DNA from: Perna viridis
Taxonomy: Eukaryota
Reading direction: 5' to 3'
NCBI GenBank assembly: GCA_037379345.1
Contig: CM074516.1
Location: forward strand, 46,103,626 to 46,167,625
DNA length: 64,000 nucleotides
The number at the start of each line of letters is the position of its first letter. The first letter of the stretch is position 1. The notes beneath the pieces were generated by a model. The model did not search any database. It saw only the letters and a list, made by a program, of their open reading frames with translations, and was not told the DNA's origin. Below, one piece after another: positions 41,735 through 64,000 of this stretch. The translations under genes were made by a program, and so were the position numbers.

Positions 41735-41940
41735 ACTGTGAACCCCTCAAGGGTCTGGTTGGCATGCTTGCCTCAAGTGCAGGAGATCATGGGTTCCATC
41801 CCCACCTGAGCCACAGCAAAGATTTTGAAATTTGTTATGACTGCTTCTCCAAAAGAGCCCATATTGACCACTGAATTGGCTTGAGTCAGAATTAAGATAC
41901 CACAATAAAGATTCAGCTCATCCCATCAAAGCAGGCTCTG
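41735..41940 (+). mobile_element. Decayed tRNA-derived SINE
   Basis: tRNA-like head with B-box-like gggttccatccc, followed by aaagattttgaaatttgttatgactgcttctcc, which resembles a V-type SINE core. Confidence 0.45.
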
Positions 41941-43123
41941 TTCAATTTGTCAATGGTTTTGGTCCTGAAAGGCATGAAATATCTTCATGTACTTCAAGAC
42001 ATTAATTAATCACTGGAGTGGGCCCCCTCCACTTTTGGAATTTCTGGATCCACAACTGGAATTAACTAACTATAAAACAATGCATATGTAGCTTGTGAAC
42101 TATTGTGCAAAACTCATTTTTAATTAAGGCTATTGTAAATAAATTACGATTTGTGTACGGCCACAAAAAAAAATTGCATTGCCCTTAAGTTAGTGACTAT
42201 ATTGGTGGTTCATGTTTGCTTGTGGCCAGGCTATGACTAAATGTCTTCCAATATATTGGTCAGATTTTGATATTTGACATGCACTGGTTTTATCCCTAAG
42301 GTGATATGTCAAGTGCCAAGATTGGTGACTTGTGACCTACAATGTATGGTTGAATTTTGCGGTTTGGTTTTTTAATGTAACACATCATGATTTGGTTGTG
42401 ACATATTTGTTTATTAAAACTATAGGATTTTGACATTTTACATATGGGTAAACAACCTGCAGAGCGTTTGCAGGGTTGAAGACCTTTGATCTTTAAGCTA
42501 AAAATAAATTGTGCTTCTCTTTAATCAAATAAACTGGGTCTTGGCCGTTGCAATTTTATCTTTGAAATAAGTTGTTTGATTGGCTTGTAAGGTGATCACT
42601 TCAAATCACTATGGTTGGTTACAGTACTCCTTTAACAATGCTACTTTTGCCTTTGATTAAAAAAACTGGGTTTCTAACAGTCTGTCTGTACAAATTTTCA
42701 CCAGACACAGAGATGCCTGGATCGCATCACATAATATTCAGTTTCTCAAGCTGATTAAAATCAGCTGTTATGATATGCTACACTGCCTTACGTAAGATTG
42801 TTCAGTTTCTATACCTAATTCAAGACATTAAAAATTTAAAAATTAGGAATAATTATACTTTATTTCACAGATTAAAAGTATCTTATACACTGTATAATAG
42901 CATCCTGTACATGCACATGAATAGTTAAAAATTACTTTGTTGGTTTTTTAACATGAGTGTTTTAAATAAGTATACATAAATGTCATGTCATTTTTAAGAC
43001 GTGTCTAGTCCATGGAATTTGTGACTTTATAAGTACCTTAGCATTTCATAAGGAACAAAATGCACTTTTGCAAATTGTTTTCAATTCCAAAACATGGTTA
43101 TAATATTGATTCAAGTTTTCTAT

Positions 43124-44239
43124 TCATTGATTTATTTCAAGAACTTGCTTCCTATCTTGAAATCCTTCCATAGACTTCTGAATAGCTTCACTGAAGTTTT
43201 CCAAAGAAACTAATTCACTCTTTGGAGGTAACAGTTTACAGTTTCTTATCATGGAACACAAGTCTGTATACATTTTAACTTTTGCAATACTGTTTTTATT
43301 CAATACATTCCACTGAGTATTCCAATAACCAACTAACTTCACTTCTTTAAATATCAATGCTCCTGTTGGTATTAAAACTGGTTTCTTTGACATACCACCA
43401 TATGTGACCATTGTTCCTCCCTGGTTCAAAAATCTTATTAATTCCGTTGCACTTTTACCACCAACACAATTCAAAGCTAACTTTGGCTTATGTCCATAAT
43501 AACTGATTAACTCCTTCATTGCTGGAGTACGAACAAACTCTTCGGTAACAACTTCAGTAGCACCCAGCTCCTTTAAACTAAATGAAAGATCGTCAATATC
43601 TGGCCTATCTCTGATGATATTTATAGTCTTGATTCCCCACTCTTTTGCAAGCTGAATGACACACTGTCCAACAGCACTATTTGCTCCATTCTGAATGATT
43701 ACATCACCTTTTTCTAGATGTTCAAAGTCCTTCAACATGCGATAAGCAGTACAAGGGTTAACCATTATAGTAGCAGCACTAAGAAGTGGTATGTCATTGT
43801 CAATTTTCTGAACTTTACTTTCATCTGTCACAGCATACTCTCTCCATGTACCCCAGGCTGCTTCTGATGGAATCACCCAGTCACCTTTCTTCAGATCTTT
43901 AACATTATTCCCTACTTCAACTACCTCACCGACCCCTTCATTACCAACAAAAGCGGGTAGTTTTGGTCGTATATGATATGTACCTTCGATAGTATTAATG
44001 TCTGATGGATTAATAGGAGCCATCAACATTTTTACAAGTACATTATGTTCTGATGGAGTAGCAACTTCACATTTTTCTATTGTTAGTACTTTCCTTGGAT
44101 CTCCAAACTCTTTGAGTATTACCGCATTACATTCTGCTATATGTCCAATATTCCGTGCAAAATATTTCTTTAATAAAAATGACGGTTTTGATGTACATTG
44201 CCTAATTATATTAATTTTTAAGGGTACCTGACAAGCCAT
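43124..44239 (-). CDS. MECR: Enoyl-[acyl-carrier-protein] reductase, mitochondrial (trans-2-enoyl-CoA reductase, MDR family); single exon, 371 aa
   Basis: Uninterrupted ORF with APINPSDINTIEGTY (catalytic Tyr), GNEGVGEV, GTWR, VNPCTAYRML, IQNGANSAVG, LALNCVGGKS, MVTYGGMSK. First ATG is at 44239 (MACQVPLKINIIRQ.., basic presequence-like N-terminus); the track's start at 44365 is not an ATG. Confidence 0.95.
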   Translation of the reverse strand: MACQVPLKINIIRQCTSKPSFLLKKYFARNIGHIAECNAVILKEFGDPRKVLTIEKCEVATPSEHNVLVKMLMAPINPSDINTIEGTYHIRPKLPAFVGNEGVGEVVEVGNNVKDLKKGDWVIPSEAAWGTWREYAVTDESKVQKIDNDIPLLSAATIMVNPCTAYRMLKDFEHLEKGDVIIQNGANSAVGQCVIQLAKEWGIKTINIIRDRPDIDDLSFSLKELGATEVVTEEFVRTPAMKELISYYGHKPKLALNCVGGKSATELIRFLNQGGTMVTYGGMSKKPVLIPTGALIFKEVKLVGYWNTQWNVLNKNSIAKVKMYTDLCSMIRNCKLLPPKSELVSLENFSEAIQKSMEGFQDRKQVLEINQ

Positions 44240-44405
44240 TTTTACGGGATAGTCCGACTTTACTATCACACAAACGTAAAGTCCCGAGAAGTTAAAACAA
44301 ACGGAAGTTATCTTCTGTTGTCGGAAGTCATTCTTGCGCAGGTGCAGATTCTTAGCAACCCTCAAACAGCTATGGCGGAAAAAGTCTGATTATTTACCTT
44401 TCAGA
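44240..44405. promoter_or_regulatory. Compact bidirectional promoter shared by MECR and SPAG17
   Basis: 166 bp between the divergent ATGs; two ETS/GABP cores CGGAAGT (44302, 44322), NRF1-like TGCGCA (44335), RFX half-site TAGCAAC (44353), YY1-like ATGGCGG (44372). Confidence 0.7.
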
Positions 44406-63919
<19,514 letters not shown>

Positions 63920-64000
63920 GTAAGTATAGTCTTATGCTTAGGCATATTTATTTCACTGGGGTTCAATTTTTTCATATGAATAGTACATGGTACTTGCATT

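Noticed and set aside
44240-44365. 42-aa N-terminal extension of MECR in the ORF track
   Set aside because: It starts at a non-ATG codon inside the shared promoter; the ATG at 44239 gives a normal-length protein with a presequence-like start.

Overview
AT-rich eukaryotic (metazoan) genomic DNA with GT-AG introns. The interspersed repeats resemble those of bivalve molluscs such as Mytilus (inference). Four protein-coding genes lie in two head-to-head pairs. (1) A CYP39A1-like cytochrome P450 on the minus strand: ATG at 20038, 10 exons visible, 3' end runs off the left edge. (2) A complete 10-exon OSCP1 on the plus strand, 20565-36771. (3) An intronless mitochondrial trans-2-enoyl-ACP reductase (MECR) on the minus strand, 44239-43124. 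(4) The 5' part of SPAG17 on the plus strand from 44406, running off the right edge. Introns hold a decayed LINE, two Penelope-like RT fragments, several MITEs and five ordinary minisatellites. The most striking structure is a ~4.9 kb array (6840-11764) in the P450 intron after the I-helix exon, built from that exon's own 3' end plus its splice donor. By manual count it has about 58 long (58 bp) and about 49 short (31 bp) units, giving about 57 extra copies of the donor. About 17 of these also have an upstream AG and frame in-phase 24-nt pseudo-microexons that encode variants of the I-helix segment. Two smaller, decayed exon-end-plus-donor duplications occur in SPAG17. Exon coordinates were read by hand and may be off by a base or two.
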